Notes under the pieces: model-generated | What the model was told of the DNA's origin: nothing | Databases searched by the model: none | What the model saw: the letters and a program-made list of their open reading frames with translations, nothing else | Shown here: piece by piece, positions 44,510-54,648 of the stretch | Layout: the number at the start of each line of letters is the position of its first letter | Position numbering within the stretch: the first letter of the stretch is position 1 | Translations under genes and position numbers: made by a program | Assembly: GCA_963821525.1 (NCBI GenBank) | Contig: CAWGED010000005.1 | Coordinates: 32,001 to 96,000, forward strand | Length of the DNA stretch: 64,000 bases | DNA from: an uncultured Gemmatimonadales bacterium | GTDB lineage: Bacteria > Gemmatimonadota > Gemmatimonadetes > Gemmatimonadales > GWC2-71-9 | Reading direction: 5' to 3'

Positions 44510-46579
44510 CTACTTTGAGAGCGACACGGTATCCCGCGGCAGGACCACCGGGTCCGTTTCGGCTCGCGGAGTGGGAGGCGCGGCTGGCGCGGCAGGCAGC
44601 GCCGACCAGCGGAGACGCAGGATCGTCGCCAGCGACCGCAACCCGTCACCCATTGTCGTGCGGCGAACCTTCTCCGGCGAAATGGGGAAGTAGTACACCG
44701 GCGTTTCGAACACCTCGGCTCGCTGGCGGAGAAGGTTGGAAAGCAGCACCTGGTTGAATTCCCGTTGGCGGTAGTCGAAGGGCCCGCTGCGGAGGAAGCT
44801 GGAGCGCACCACCCGCGCTCCCGAGAGTGTGTCGGAAATGAAGCGCCCGTAGAGCGTGAAATAGGCGAGGCTCAGGACGTGCGACCCGATGTAGCTGACG
44901 ATGCTCTTGAGCGTCTTGCTCCGGTACACGAGCTGGTAGGCCGCCTTGATGTCGTTGACCGACAGACGACGGCTTCCCCATACCGCATCGAGCCGTCCGC
45001 CCTCGAGGTGCCGTGCCAGGCTCACGATGTCCTCGCCCTTGTACATGCCGGAGGATTCGAACAGTAGCACGTAATCGTATCCCGGATCATTCACGACTCG
45101 GGCGAATGCGGCCTCTATGGACGAGCCCTGGGTCGCGAGATTCCTCGCCTCGAAGGGAAGGGAGTTCCCGAAATCTTCGTCGAAGGATTCGGGGCCCTCG
45201 TAAAACAGCGTCACCACGACCGGAAGCTGATCTATTCCGGCGCGGACCATCTCGATGATGGTCTGCCCGGTCTTGTTGAGCGACTGGCCCTCCACCAGGA
45301 GCACCGCCAGCCGCAAACGCTCGTCCCGTCGCAGGAACGACTTGATGAACGGGGTGAGGACCTTGGTCGCGTCGTGGCGGCCGGTTACTCCGTCCTCGTA
45401 GTTCCCGATACGGACCAGTCGCGGGTCCTCGATACTGTCGAGGTGGCCCAGCGGAACGTACGGCGCGCCGCTTTCGCTCCGGCCTGGGTCGTTGATGAAA
45501 TAGTGGGTGATGAGGCACGGAGTGGGAATGCTCAGCTGCCCCTTTTCCCGCAGGTAGTAAAGTGCTTTGTCTACCAGGTCCACGGCGCTGCTGCCGGAAA
45601 TCTCCGCGTCCTCATGCAGGTTGGTGATCAGGACCTTGACCGCCCGGAGATTCCGAGCGATGGCCCTGCCGATGCCCGGCGTGAAGTATGAGGGGAACAG
45701 GCTCGAGTGCTGGGTGCCCGGCGCGAACACGATGATGTCCGCCTCGGCAATCCTGGCGAGCAGGCGCGGGTTGGGAACCGGCTTGACGGAATTGGCGGCA
45801 AGGAAGCGCTGCAACGCAGCCGGCCCTTCTCGCCCCAGTTGCTTTCGCTCTTCGGCGGTCGTCAGTCGGCGGAGGAGATAAATGTCCTGCAGGTACTGTG
45901 GCTTGTCGGCGGTGACGATGTCGGCCTCGGTGGCGAGCAGGTTCCCGTCACCGTCAACCGCGACCAGGCAGAGATTGGCGCCGTTGGTCACGTTTTCGAT
46001 CATGCCGGCGGGAATTCCCATCAGCCCGGTGTAGTCCTCGACTGCGCGGTTGAAGTCGCGGCCGACCTCGAGGAAGCATCCGGCGAAAACCAGATTGCCC
46101 AGGCTGCAATCGGCGAAGCTGAACCGGTACCCGGTGCGGGCACGCTCCTGCTCGAAGCGATCGAGACGGTTCGCCAGAAGGTCGGCGGTGCGACGGTCGA
46201 TCCCGCCGACCAGGTTCCGCAACGTGCGCTGGAACTCATCCGCCGCTGGCGGCCCGCCTTCACGAAGTTGAGCGAACGATGCTCTCGCCTGCTCGAAACC
46301 GTACTCATCGGGAAAGCGGAGATCGAGCAGTTTGACGAGCCGTTCATCGCAGGTATGCAACTCGGTCGCGAGCCGCGACGCGTTCTTCCGGAAATCGGAG
46401 GGGCCAAGACAGTCGCCGAGGAAACGACGCACCTCGCCGGTGGACAGCCCGTCGTCGTACCCATTGATCGCAAGGGTGAGCGCGATGCGCTCGCTGCGAA
46501 TGAGCTCCTGCGAGAGCACGCTCGACCCGCGTCCCCCGGTGAAGAGGACTACGCGAACCGGGTTCTGGGAGCTGGCCAT
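44510..46579 (-). CDS. CofD/YvcK(GlmR) family domain fused to C-terminal DPM1-like GT2 domain
   Basis: Single intact ORF; LFTGGRG, NGYDDGLSTG, GPSDFRKN, SLGNLVFAG, ADIIVFAPGTQHSSLFPS; C-terminal DAVWGSRR, FISDTLSG, ETPVYYFP. Confidence 0.75.
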   Translation of the reverse strand: MASSQNPVRVVLFTGGRGSSVLSQELIRSERIALTLAINGYDDGLSTGEVRRFLGDCLGPSDFRKNASRLATELHTCDERLVKLLDLRFPDEYGFEQARASFAQLREGGPPAADEFQRTLRNLVGGIDRRTADLLANRLDRFEQERARTGYRFSFADCSLGNLVFAGCFLEVGRDFNRAVEDYTGLMGIPAGMIENVTNGANLCLVAVDGDGNLLATEADIVTADKPQYLQDIYLLRRLTTAEERKQLGREGPAALQRFLAANSVKPVPNPRLLARIAEADIIVFAPGTQHSSLFPSYFTPGIGRAIARNLRAVKVLITNLHEDAEISGSSAVDLVDKALYYLREKGQLSIPTPCLITHYFINDPGRSESGAPYVPLGHLDSIEDPRLVRIGNYEDGVTGRHDATKVLTPFIKSFLRRDERLRLAVLLVEGQSLNKTGQTIIEMVRAGIDQLPVVVTLFYEGPESFDEDFGNSLPFEARNLATQGSSIEAAFARVVNDPGYDYVLLFESSGMYKGEDIVSLARHLEGGRLDAVWGSRRLSVNDIKAAYQLVYRSKTLKSIVSYIGSHVLSLAYFTLYGRFISDTLSGARVVRSSFLRSGPFDYRQREFNQVLLSNLLRQRAEVFETPVYYFPISPEKVRRTTMGDGLRSLATILRLRWSALPAAPAAPPTPRAETDPVVLPRDTVSLSK

Positions 46580-46610
46580 ACCCGCTCGAGTGCTGGAAGT
46601 GGAGGCTGGA

Positions 46611-47948
46611 TCAGGCGCCATCGGGGGCCGCAAATGGTGTGCCCGGAACCCGGGCCTGCCAGGCGAAGAAAAGGTCCTTGTACCACACCAGCCACAGGAG
46701 ATACAGTAGCAGCGTGCCGCTCTTCACCAGGCTCACCGCAAAGAGGGCAGCGTTGCTTTCTATCGCCACATGGGAGCGGAAGAACATCACGAAGATCAGG
46801 TTCTGGAAGAGCGCCACGACGAAGATGGCTGCCAGCAGTCGGCGTGCGGGACGGGTGAGCTGCGGCCCCGCCGCGATGAGGCAGGCGAGAGGGAGAAACA
46901 ACACCGCCAGATAGTGCTCCCACACTACCTGGGAAAGCAGCAGGCAGAAGCTCGTCGCGAGCAGAAAGTTGAAATGGCGGCGCTGGGGCGGGCTTCCATT
47001 CCTGCTTGCGGCTTCGCAGCGCGAGCCAGATGAAAACGCCCAGCACCGCGACTTTGAGTGCGGTGCGCAGCAAGTCCGGGAGGGGGCCGCCAGCCCCGGG
47101 AATCGGAGCCGATCCTTGTATCGGCCGAAATGCGTCGGCCAGGATATACAGGGAGCTGTTGAAGAACCACGGCGTAGGCCGTTGGCTTCCCCGCAGCAGG
47201 ACGTCGATGAATTCCCGGTGCAGCGGCCAACCAAGCAGTAGAATCGAGAGCAGGCCCGCAGTGCCGAACACTCCTGCGATTGCGAAAAACAGCCGCCGAT
47301 CCGAAAGCAGCACCAACAGCGCCGGAGCGATCAGGAACGCGGGCTTGAATAGCACCGCGGCAAGCAGCCCCAAAGCAGTGGCGATCGGCTGGTTCCGCTG
47401 ATGTGCCAGGAGAGCGAGGAGAAGAAACAGGAATACGAATGGAGTGGTCTGCCCGCCGACCCGGTACATCGTCCAGAACGGTTGATAGACCAGCGCCGCC
47501 AATGAGAAGACGGCGGCAAAGCGCGCCTGGTCGAGCGGTGAGCTCGACGCCGTGCCCCGCAGGTGCCGGTAGAGGAGGACGAGACCACCTGCGTATGCGA
47601 GACTTCCGCCGAGCTTGAAGAGGATCAGAGCGACTTCGGGAGAGAACACGCTCAGCGGAGCGTAAAACCAGGCGGAGATCGGTGCTCCCCAGAACGCCAT
47701 GCCCTCCCTGAGGTGCCTGAGCCGGCAATCGTGGCGGTCGGGTCATAGATAGTCATCAACTGACCCGCCGCCGCTCGACGACCCGTATCGTAGAAGTTGG
47801 CAAAGTCCCAACCCAGACCGGCGGGAACCAGAATGCCTGTGATCGCCACCAGCCCGATGCCGGCACACGCGGCGATCGTGACGGCGCGCCAGATCTGAAT
47901 CTGGGCGGCTTCCGAGTCGGGCAGTGTCAGGGCACTTTGTGCGGTCAT
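46611..47948 (-). CDS. GT87-like (DUF2029) GT-C membrane glycosyltransferase; frameshifted
   Basis: GWDFANFYDTG, GGQTTPF, AAVLFKP, FNSSL, VVWEHY; multiple TM helices. Confidence 0.75.
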
Positions 47949-47979
47949 GGAATCCGGGTTATGGTCGGCTGGGTGGTGT

Positions 47980-47995
47980 TGCAAATCAGGGTCCG
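47980..47995 (-). promoter_or_regulatory. Candidate sigma54 promoter for the 47948->42375 operon
   Basis: Reverse strand reads CGGACC-CTGAT-TTGCA (GG-N10-GC), ~30 nt upstream of ATG 47948. Confidence 0.45.
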
Positions 47996-48064
47996 CACGC
48001 CTCTTGCTGCAGAAGGCCGCTCGAAGGAGCTTAATAATCGACCGGATCCGGGATAGAATCCAGC

Positions 48065-48788
48065 TTGCAAAATATTGCCACCAAATCGGTTAGAGAACAT
48101 CCCTCCGGGTCAGGAGACTTTGCCTGGTTGGCGACCGCCCGCCAGACGATCCCCCGGCTCTTCCGGCTGATCGGCTGCCTGCGGCCTACCCTCCACATTT
48201 CGGATATCCGCCAACTCGAACCCGCGATTCTCACCGACCGGGGGATCAGCGCGGTGCTATGGGACGTGGACGGTACCCTGATGAAGCATCACGGAGATCG
48301 GGTAGATCCCGAGTTGCTTCCCGCTTTCGAGCGGCTTGTCGCTCAAAATGGGGTCCAGCATGCCATCCTCTCCAACTGTGGCGAGGGACGCTTCATCGAG
48401 CTGGGCAAGATTTTCCCTAATCTCCCGGTCCTGCGCGCCTATTCACTTTCCGGGCGCGTGGTGCGTCGCAGTCTGTTCCAGGGTCAGGACTGCTGGAGCG
48501 ACCCTGCGGCGCAGGCGTTTCACCCGCATCAACTGCAGCGCATCAGCAAACCCAGCGACACCCTCCTCCATTGCGTGATGGAGGAACTTGGGGCTTACCG
48601 ATCCTTCCACCCTGATGATGGTCGGCGACCAGTACTTCACCGATGTGGCGGGCGCGAATCTCTGTGGTGCCGTTTCCGTGAAGGTATCAACTTGGCGGCG
48701 GGATAGCTTTCCCCTGGCACTACGGCTGTTCCAGCGGGCGGAGAAGGTAGTCTACGCCGTCCGCTACGGCGGCGAGGCATCCGCCTGA
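48065..48788 (+). CDS. HAD IIIA phosphatase, YqeG / PGP-phosphatase-like; frameshift near 48595
   Basis: VLWDVDGTL, ILSN, SKP, MVGDQYFTDVAGAN. Confidence 0.75.
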
Positions 48789-48799
48789 AACCGCTCGCT

Positions 48800-49892
48800 G
48801 TGGTGCACGCCGTCGCCCCCGGAAAGGTGGGAGGCCTGGAGAGCGTCGTTCAATCCCTGGCGATCGGTCAACACTCCAACGGGTGTCGAGTTAGTGTCTG
48901 CTCGGTCGTGTCGCCGGGGGAAGAAGACCTCCCGCTGCATCAGGCACTGGTGGCCGGTGGTGTCCCGGTGACTCCCGTGGTCATTGGCGGACGGCAATAT
49001 CTGCGGGAGCTGCGTCAGGTCACCGAGGTGCTGCGACGGGCCGCGCCTGACATCGTGCATACCCATGGATATCGATCGGACTTGGTCGCCGGCCGCGCCG
49101 CGAGGAGCCAGGCTTAAAGACCGTCTCCACCGTGCATGGGTTTACCGGCGGCGACTGGAAAAACCGGCTGTATGAACGGTTGCAATCGAGGTCCTTCCGG
49201 CGGTTCGACGCCGTGGTTGCGGTGTCGCGTCCCTTGGTGGCACGCCTCGCCGGACAGGGGGTTCCCCACGAGCGGATCCACCTGATTCCCAACGGGTGGG
49301 GTGGCTCTGCCCCGGCGTTCGACCGAGCCGAGGCTCGGCGGGTTCTGGGTATCCCACTGGACGAGTTCGTCGTGGGGTGGGTGGGAAGGCTGAGCCGGGA
49401 AAAAGGCGCCGACGTTCTGCTCGATGCATTGCCGATGATCTCCGGCTCGGCTTCTCTCTCCATTCTGGGGGAGGGTCGAGAATCCGATCGGCTTCGGACC
49501 CAGGCCGAGTCACTAGGTATCTCGAACCGAATTCGGTGGCATGGCACGATTCCGGGAGCCAATCGCCTGTACCGGGCGTTTGATGTGTTTGCCCTGAGCT
49601 CGCGTACTGAGGGGACCCCCATCGCGCTGTTTGAGGCCATGGCTGCGGGCGTTCCGGTTGTGGCGACGGCCGTCGGTGGTGTGCCCGATGTCGTCGGCGA
49701 TCAGGAGGCGCGATTGGTGCCGGCTGAGTCTCCCGGGAATTGGCCCGGGCCATCGTGGGGCTCCGGGAAGCCCCGGGTCGGCGGAAAGCCCTGGCTGATG
49801 CGGCGACAGCGCGGTTGGCCGACGCCTATGCGCTTCCCGCGTGGGTCGCGCGATACGCGGGTCTCTATGGCTCGCTTCTCGTCTCACGGTGA
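48800..49892 (+). CDS. Glycosyltransferase family 4; frameshifted
   Basis: GGLESVV, DIVHTHGYRSD, VGRLSREKG, SSRTEGTPIALFEAMAAG; TGA 49890-49892. Confidence 0.88.
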
Positions 49893-49896
49893 TTGG

Positions 49897-51063
49897 ATGA
49901 CTGCTCTGGAATACACACTGATCGGGCTGCCCGTGGTCTTCGCGATCTATGCCTACCTCGGCTATCCCGTTCTGCTCCGCCTCATGAGTCTTCTCCGGCC
50001 GGCTAAACCGCGACCCGCCGATCCAGAGCAGTGGCCGAGCATCAGTATCAGTATGCCGGCTTACAACGAGGAGGCTTCGATCCGCGGGACCATCGAAAGT
50101 CTGCTCGCGCTCGACTACCCTCGTGAGCGCTGCCAGATCGTGATCATTTCGGATGCATCCACCGACCGCACCGACGAAATCGTGAGCGAGTACGCCGATC
50201 GCGGCGTCGACCTGCTGCGGTTGGGGAACCGGAGTGGCAAAACCGCTGCTGAGAATGCCGCAGCCTCGCGTCTCCGGGGCGATATCGTCGTCAACACCGA
50301 CGCGACGATCCGGATTCTCCCGCAGTCTCTGAAGCCGCTGATCCGAGCCTTCCAGGACCCCACTGTCGGGGTAGCGTCGGGCCGGGATCTCAGTGTGGGA
50401 GATCTGAACGTCGTGGCGACCAGCGATGAGTCCCGTTATGTGGGCTATGAGATGTGGCTGCGATCGCTGGAGACCTCATGCGGTTCAATCGTCGGCGCCA
50501 GCGGCTGCTTCTATGCCATTCGCCGGGAACTGCACCAGAGCCTCTTTCCCGAAGCCCTGAGCCGGGATTTCGCGTCGGCCCTGGTCGCCCGGGAGCATGG
50601 ATTCCGCGCGGTCTCGGTCGATGAGGCGGTTTGCCTCGTGCCTCGAAGCGTGTCCCTGCCACGCGAATTCCATCGCAAGGTCCGCACGATGGCCCGCGGG
50701 CTGGAGACCCTTTGGTTCAAGCGCCAGCTGCTCAATCCGTTTCGCTATGGCTCCTTTGCCTGGATGCTGGCGAGCCATAAGCTCTGCCGCTGGCTGGTGT
50801 TTCTTTTTGCTCCCCTGCTGCTGATCGGGTTGGCAATGCTCAGCTTGAGATCGCCGATCGCCGCATTGCTTTTCCTTGCGGGACTCATGGTGCTCGTGAC
50901 CGGTGCAATCGCTCTGCGGTGGCCGGAGGGGAGGCCGATGCCGCGTCTCATGGGCGTGTGCGGATTCGTTGTCGCGACCCATCTGGCGGGACTGCTGGCG
51001 TGGGCCAAGGCACTGCGAGGCGAGCGCAACCCGATCTGGGAGCCGACCCGGCGGGCGGCTTGA
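49897..51063 (+). CDS. Glycosyltransferase family 2 (CESA-like, membrane-anchored)
   Basis: YAYLGYP, SMPAYNEE, SDASTDRTD, GKTAAEN, NTDA, GASGCFYAIRR, RKVRT, SHKLCRW. Confidence 0.9.
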   Translation: MTALEYTLIGLPVVFAIYAYLGYPVLLRLMSLLRPAKPRPADPEQWPSISISMPAYNEEASIRGTIESLLALDYPRERCQIVIISDASTDRTDEIVSEYADRGVDLLRLGNRSGKTAAENAAASRLRGDIVVNTDATIRILPQSLKPLIRAFQDPTVGVASGRDLSVGDLNVVATSDESRYVGYEMWLRSLETSCGSIVGASGCFYAIRRELHQSLFPEALSRDFASALVAREHGFRAVSVDEAVCLVPRSVSLPREFHRKVRTMARGLETLWFKRQLLNPFRYGSFAWMLASHKLCRWLVFLFAPLLLIGLAMLSLRSPIAALLFLAGLMVLVTGAIALRWPEGRPMPRLMGVCGFVVATHLAGLLAWAKALRGERNPIWEPTRRAA

Positions 51064-51067
51064 TGAA

Positions 51068-51700
51068 CTAGGCTGGGAGGGAACGAAAGACGGCGGGAAC
51101 CAGGTCCGCAGCCACTCGGCTCGCCTGGTCGACTGCCTGGCTCTCGGTGACTTTGTCGTTGAGGAACACCACGACTCGCACCAACGCTTCCTCCGACCGG
51201 CCTCGAAGCGCCGCATCCCGCAGCAATTCCCATTTCACCTGATATTCGCTCGCCGCGACCCGGCCCCGCCCCTGGTACCAGTAGAACACCAGGGCCTGTT
51301 GGTTCTTGTTCTGGAGCAGGTACCGGTTGACCGTGACGGGACCGTTGGCCGTGGTCACCGCGATCGGTGCCGCCTCCAGAGCCTCCCATCCCGATCCCGG
51401 AAGACAGTTCTTGGGCGAGTGGATCGTTTTGCCCTGAGTCTGGTGATCGTAGTAGCCGACGTACACGCTGATGGGGGACGGTCCTTCCTCGAACACCCGG
51501 AAGATGTAGGACGTCATACCCGCGGCGACGCGCTCGTTCTCCGCGATCTCCAGATCGCGTCCGGCCCTTCCCCCCAGCGTCATCGGGATCGAGTCGAGCG
51601 GCTCGGCAAGCGGCATGTTGCGCTGCCGATCCACGCCGAGCGTAAGGAGACAACCGGCGCCCAACAGAAAGGCCGGTATCCACCGAGTCATCGCGATCAC
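51068..51700 (-). CDS. epsI: EpsI family exosortase-associated protein
   Basis: YVGYY, IHSPKNCLPGSGW, VFYWYQGRGR, ALVRV; GTGA overlap with exosortase stop. Confidence 0.9.
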   Translation of the reverse strand: MIAMTRWIPAFLLGAGCLLTLGVDRQRNMPLAEPLDSIPMTLGGRAGRDLEIAENERVAAGMTSYIFRVFEEGPSPISVYVGYYDHQTQGKTIHSPKNCLPGSGWEALEAAPIAVTTANGPVTVNRYLLQNKNQQALVFYWYQGRGRVAASEYQVKWELLRDAALRGRSEEALVRVVVFLNDKVTESQAVDQASRVAADLVPAVFRSLPA

Positions 51701-52569
51701 GCGGCCTTCCTTTCCGTCATCCACCGCTCAACTCCCGCCACGACCCAGGTGAAGGCACCCAGGAGCAGGAATGCGATGACGAACAGAAGCCAGCCTTCAC
51801 TCAGGTGCATGAAACCTTCGCCCAGATCCGGAGAGACGAAGTACACCAGGAAGCCGGTCAGGAAGACTCGGAAGGCGTTGACGACCATCGCCACAGGAAT
51901 CGCCGCGAGGACCAGCAGGATGCGACCCGCCGGATGTCGCAGCCAGAGGCCACCTACCAGGACTCCGAGACTCAGCAGCGCCGTCAGGGAACGCAGGCCG
52001 CTGCACGCCTCGGTGACGAACAGCTGGCGTCCCGGAAGCTGGATGACGTTACCGGAAAGGTTCACCGGAACATGCCGGAACTCGAGCAATGCCGCTCCCC
52101 AGCGAGAGGCACGCAGCTGAAGCGGCAGGGCTAGGCTGCTGGTGACTATGTCCGGCAGCGGAATGGACAACACCAGAAGGATTACCGGGAGCCACCAGTG
52201 AAGGAGTTGTCGCCAGCCACACCAGAAGACAACCAGCCCGGCAGCGCCCATCAGTAGGGAGAGGCGCATGGTGAATAGCTCGGCGGCGAGTCCCGAGAGG
52301 TACCGGAGCAGCACGGCCCCAGTGAGAATCAGGGCCCCGCTTACCCGCGCCGGCCGCGCCGCGACCAGGCCGCTACGCCATGCCAGCCAGATAGCGAGGG
52401 GCGCCAGCAACAGGCCGTGTCCCGCGTCCGGGTCGTTCCACCAGTCGCGGACGAGAAGGACTGCGGGTTTGCTGAAGAGAATGGCGAACGCGATCGCCGC
52501 CAGAACCGCTGGACTATGATCGGCGAGTCGGATCGCGGGCGTGGAGACCGGCTCTGCAGTCGCCGCCAC
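51697..52569 (-). CDS. xrt: Exosortase (EpsH family)
   Basis: DWWNDPDAGHGLL, LSIPLP, LQLRAS, GNVI, VTEACSGLRSL (Cys), NAFRV (Arg), FMH (His); about 8 TM helices. Confidence 0.93.
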   Translation of the reverse strand: MAATAEPVSTPAIRLADHSPAVLAAIAFAILFSKPAVLLVRDWWNDPDAGHGLLLAPLAIWLAWRSGLVAARPARVSGALILTGAVLLRYLSGLAAELFTMRLSLLMGAAGLVVFWCGWRQLLHWWLPVILLVLSIPLPDIVTSSLALPLQLRASRWGAALLEFRHVPVNLSGNVIQLPGRQLFVTEACSGLRSLTALLSLGVLVGGLWLRHPAGRILLVLAAIPVAMVVNAFRVFLTGFLVYFVSPDLGEGFMHLSEGWLLFVIAFLLLGAFTWVVAGVERWMTERKAA

Positions 52570-52577
52570 AGGGTTAG

Positions 52578-53336
52578 TTACCAGCCGCCCCGCTTGAAGA
52601 GCACTACCGGGAGGGTCTTGACCATAATGCGGATGTCCTCCAGCAGACTCTGGCGGCGGAGATACTCGAAGTCGAACTGGAGCTTCTTGCGCACGTCGTC
52701 CAGGCACTCGTCGTACTGGCGGCTGACCTGAGCGAGGCCGGTGATCCCAGGGCGGACCCGCTGCCGGGCCTCGTAGTGCGGGATGCTCTTCCGCAGTTCG
52801 GTGAAAATACTGGGCCGTTCGGGACGCGGCCCCACGATGTTCATATCGCCCTTCAGCACGTTGAACAGCTGGGGGAGCTCGTCGAGCCGGTAGGCCCGGA
52901 GCCAGCGGCCCACTGCGGTGACCCGCGGGTCTTCCCTCGCCGCCCATACCGCGCCCGACAAATGCTCGGCGTTCACGCACATCGTGCGGAACTTGTAGAT
53001 CAGGAAGACTCTGCCGCCGAGGTCATGCGCCCGCTTGTGCTGTTCAGGTGCGGTCCGCGACCAGCGCCGGTCCAGCCCAACCCGGGTCTGGGTGTAGAAC
53101 ACCGGACCGCGGGAGGTGAGCTTCACCGCCAGCGCGAGGAAGAACATGAGCGGCGACACGAAGACGAGGGCGACCAGCGCAAGGCTGAAGTTCATCGCCC
53201 GGTTCACCGTTTCGGAGCGGGCCGCCGGCTCCACCGCCTGGTCGGGTTCCCCGACGAGGCGGAGCCATCGATCTCGGGTGGTTGGAGTCTTGACGCGTGA
53301 GCCGGTCGCCGACGCCATTGAGGATCCTGGAGTCAT
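52578..53336 (-). CDS. Priming polyprenyl glycosylphosphotransferase (bacterial sugar transferase)
   Basis: SRGPVFYTQTRVG, YKFRTM, DPRVT, LDELPQLFNVLKGDMNIVGPRPERP, PGITGLAQV. Confidence 0.93.
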   Translation of the reverse strand: MTPGSSMASATGSRVKTPTTRDRWLRLVGEPDQAVEPAARSETVNRAMNFSLALVALVFVSPLMFFLALAVKLTSRGPVFYTQTRVGLDRRWSRTAPEQHKRAHDLGGRVFLIYKFRTMCVNAEHLSGAVWAAREDPRVTAVGRWLRAYRLDELPQLFNVLKGDMNIVGPRPERPSIFTELRKSIPHYEARQRVRPGITGLAQVSRQYDECLDDVRKKLQFDFEYLRRQSLLEDIRIMVKTLPVVLFKRGGW

Positions 53337-53342
53337 CCGTGT

Positions 53343-54164
53343 CTAGTTGAAGAGACCGAACAGCCTTCCGAGTCCATACAAACTGATGATGAGGGCCGGG
53401 ATGATCGCGACCGTACGTAAAGTCGTAAGCCAGTTCGTCGTGCTCTTGGTTCCGACCTCGATCTCATCTCCTGCCCGCAGATTCAGTGCATCCAACGTCC
53501 GTCCCACGGTAATCGCCTCGTAGAACACTTCCTTGGCAACGATCTCTTCTTCTCCACGCTTGATCGTTGAATTATGCAGATCGGTCGCGTTCCCGATCCC
53601 GCCGGCCGCCTGAAGAGCATCGCTCAAAAGCATGCCGGAGTCCAGTTGGTAGAAACCCGGCTTGCTGACACCTCCCAGTACCGAGAGCCGGATCAGAGAC
53701 CGGGCCTCCACCTCGGGGTTCTTGATCCATTTGGACAGCTGCTGCTTGAGGTAGTCGTTCACCTCGGACCGTAGCACGCCGGTCATCGGGATGTCGCCGT
53801 AGTTGGCGATCGAGATAATCTTCCCAGGACCCACGGTCATCGTGCCGCTCAAGGTGGAATCTCCCTCGACGTGCACGGTGATCTGATCGCCTACCTGAAA
53901 GTCTCCCTCCCGCAAACGCTCGCGTATCAGGGCCGCTTCGGCCCGTTTCTGATCGCGGAGCTCCGCACTGTATCCGTCGGATGCGGCTATCTGCTCGGCC
54001 TGGGTCAGGGCTGATTCGAGATCGGCCCGGGTGGCGATCGGCTTTCGGCCAGCGTCATCGGCGGGGAGCGAATCCTGGCCGGTAAGTCTGGCCGGAGCCA
54101 AGGCCAGTAGAACCAGGAGAAAACTCCAACGCCGCGAAGGCACCACCCTCGATCCCAAAGTCAT
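53343..54164 (-). CDS. Polysaccharide export protein, Wza-like (Poly_export + SLBB)
   Basis: Signal-peptide-like N-terminus; FQVGDQITV, IKNPEV, SVLGGVSKPGFY, LQAAGG, LRAGDEI; C-terminal helix. Confidence 0.8.
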   Translation of the reverse strand: MTLGSRVVPSRRWSFLLVLLALAPARLTGQDSLPADDAGRKPIATRADLESALTQAEQIAASDGYSAELRDQKRAEAALIRERLREGDFQVGDQITVHVEGDSTLSGTMTVGPGKIISIANYGDIPMTGVLRSEVNDYLKQQLSKWIKNPEVEARSLIRLSVLGGVSKPGFYQLDSGMLLSDALQAAGGIGNATDLHNSTIKRGEEEIVAKEVFYEAITVGRTLDALNLRAGDEIEVGTKSTTNWLTTLRTVAIIPALIISLYGLGRLFGLFN

Positions 54165-54242
54165 GGACCCGCCTCCGTTGCATCCAATATGCTAGCGGCC
54201 GCGCCAATCGCGACTGGCTGGGGGAGACTTAAACTAATTTGC

Positions 54243-54258
54243 TGCAATACTTTTACCG
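54243..54258 (-). promoter_or_regulatory. Candidate sigma54 promoter for wza-sugar transferase-xrt-epsI
   Basis: Reverse strand reads CGGTAA-AAGTA-TTGCA (GG-N10-GC), ~80 nt upstream of ATG 54164. Confidence 0.55.
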
Positions 54259-54648
54259 AATAGTGCCCGATCTGCGCAACACGGCCTCGGACTTCTGTGG
54301 GCCCGGCGCCGCATTCATTGCCGCGTCTACGCAACGAATAGGCCGTGGCTGACACTGTCTAGGGTAGAATTTCATCCTCGGGGTGCCGACCCCTGGAATA
54401 CCCCCTTGACATCCCCTTCGAATTTTGGCGCAACTCGTTGTGGCGGCACTGCTTCCCAGCTTCCTGCATACTTGCCCGCATTGCGTCCTAAGGCTAAGTG
54501 CCTTATTGTCTTAAGCGCGTTGGAACCATTCGCATGAGACCTGCAGGCACCGTGAAGCGTAAGGCGCCGCTCCCCTCGAACTGCCAGAAGTCCCTGAGAA
54601 GGGTTCGGCCAAGGCCCTCAGCATCGAGAGTCAATGCCCGATCGCGAC

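Noticed and set aside
44510..46579. Coenzyme F420 biosynthesis (cofD)
   Set aside because: No cofE/cofG/cofH nearby; protein is fused to a GT2-like domain inside a glycan operon
48066..48080. TGGCAA-TATT-TTGCA on minus strand as sigma54 promoter
   Set aside because: Spacing is GG-N9-GC, one base short; could be a homopolymer deletion but cannot be supported as written
49132..51063. Apparent GT4-GT2 fusion (643-aa ORF)
   Set aside because: The GT4 C-terminus reads in another frame to TGA 49890-49892 and the GT2 starts at ATG 49897; junction sequence is non-protein-like
54407..54436. TTGACA -35 box upstream of the REC-GGDEF gene
   Set aside because: No convincing -10 hexamer at 16-18 nt spacing
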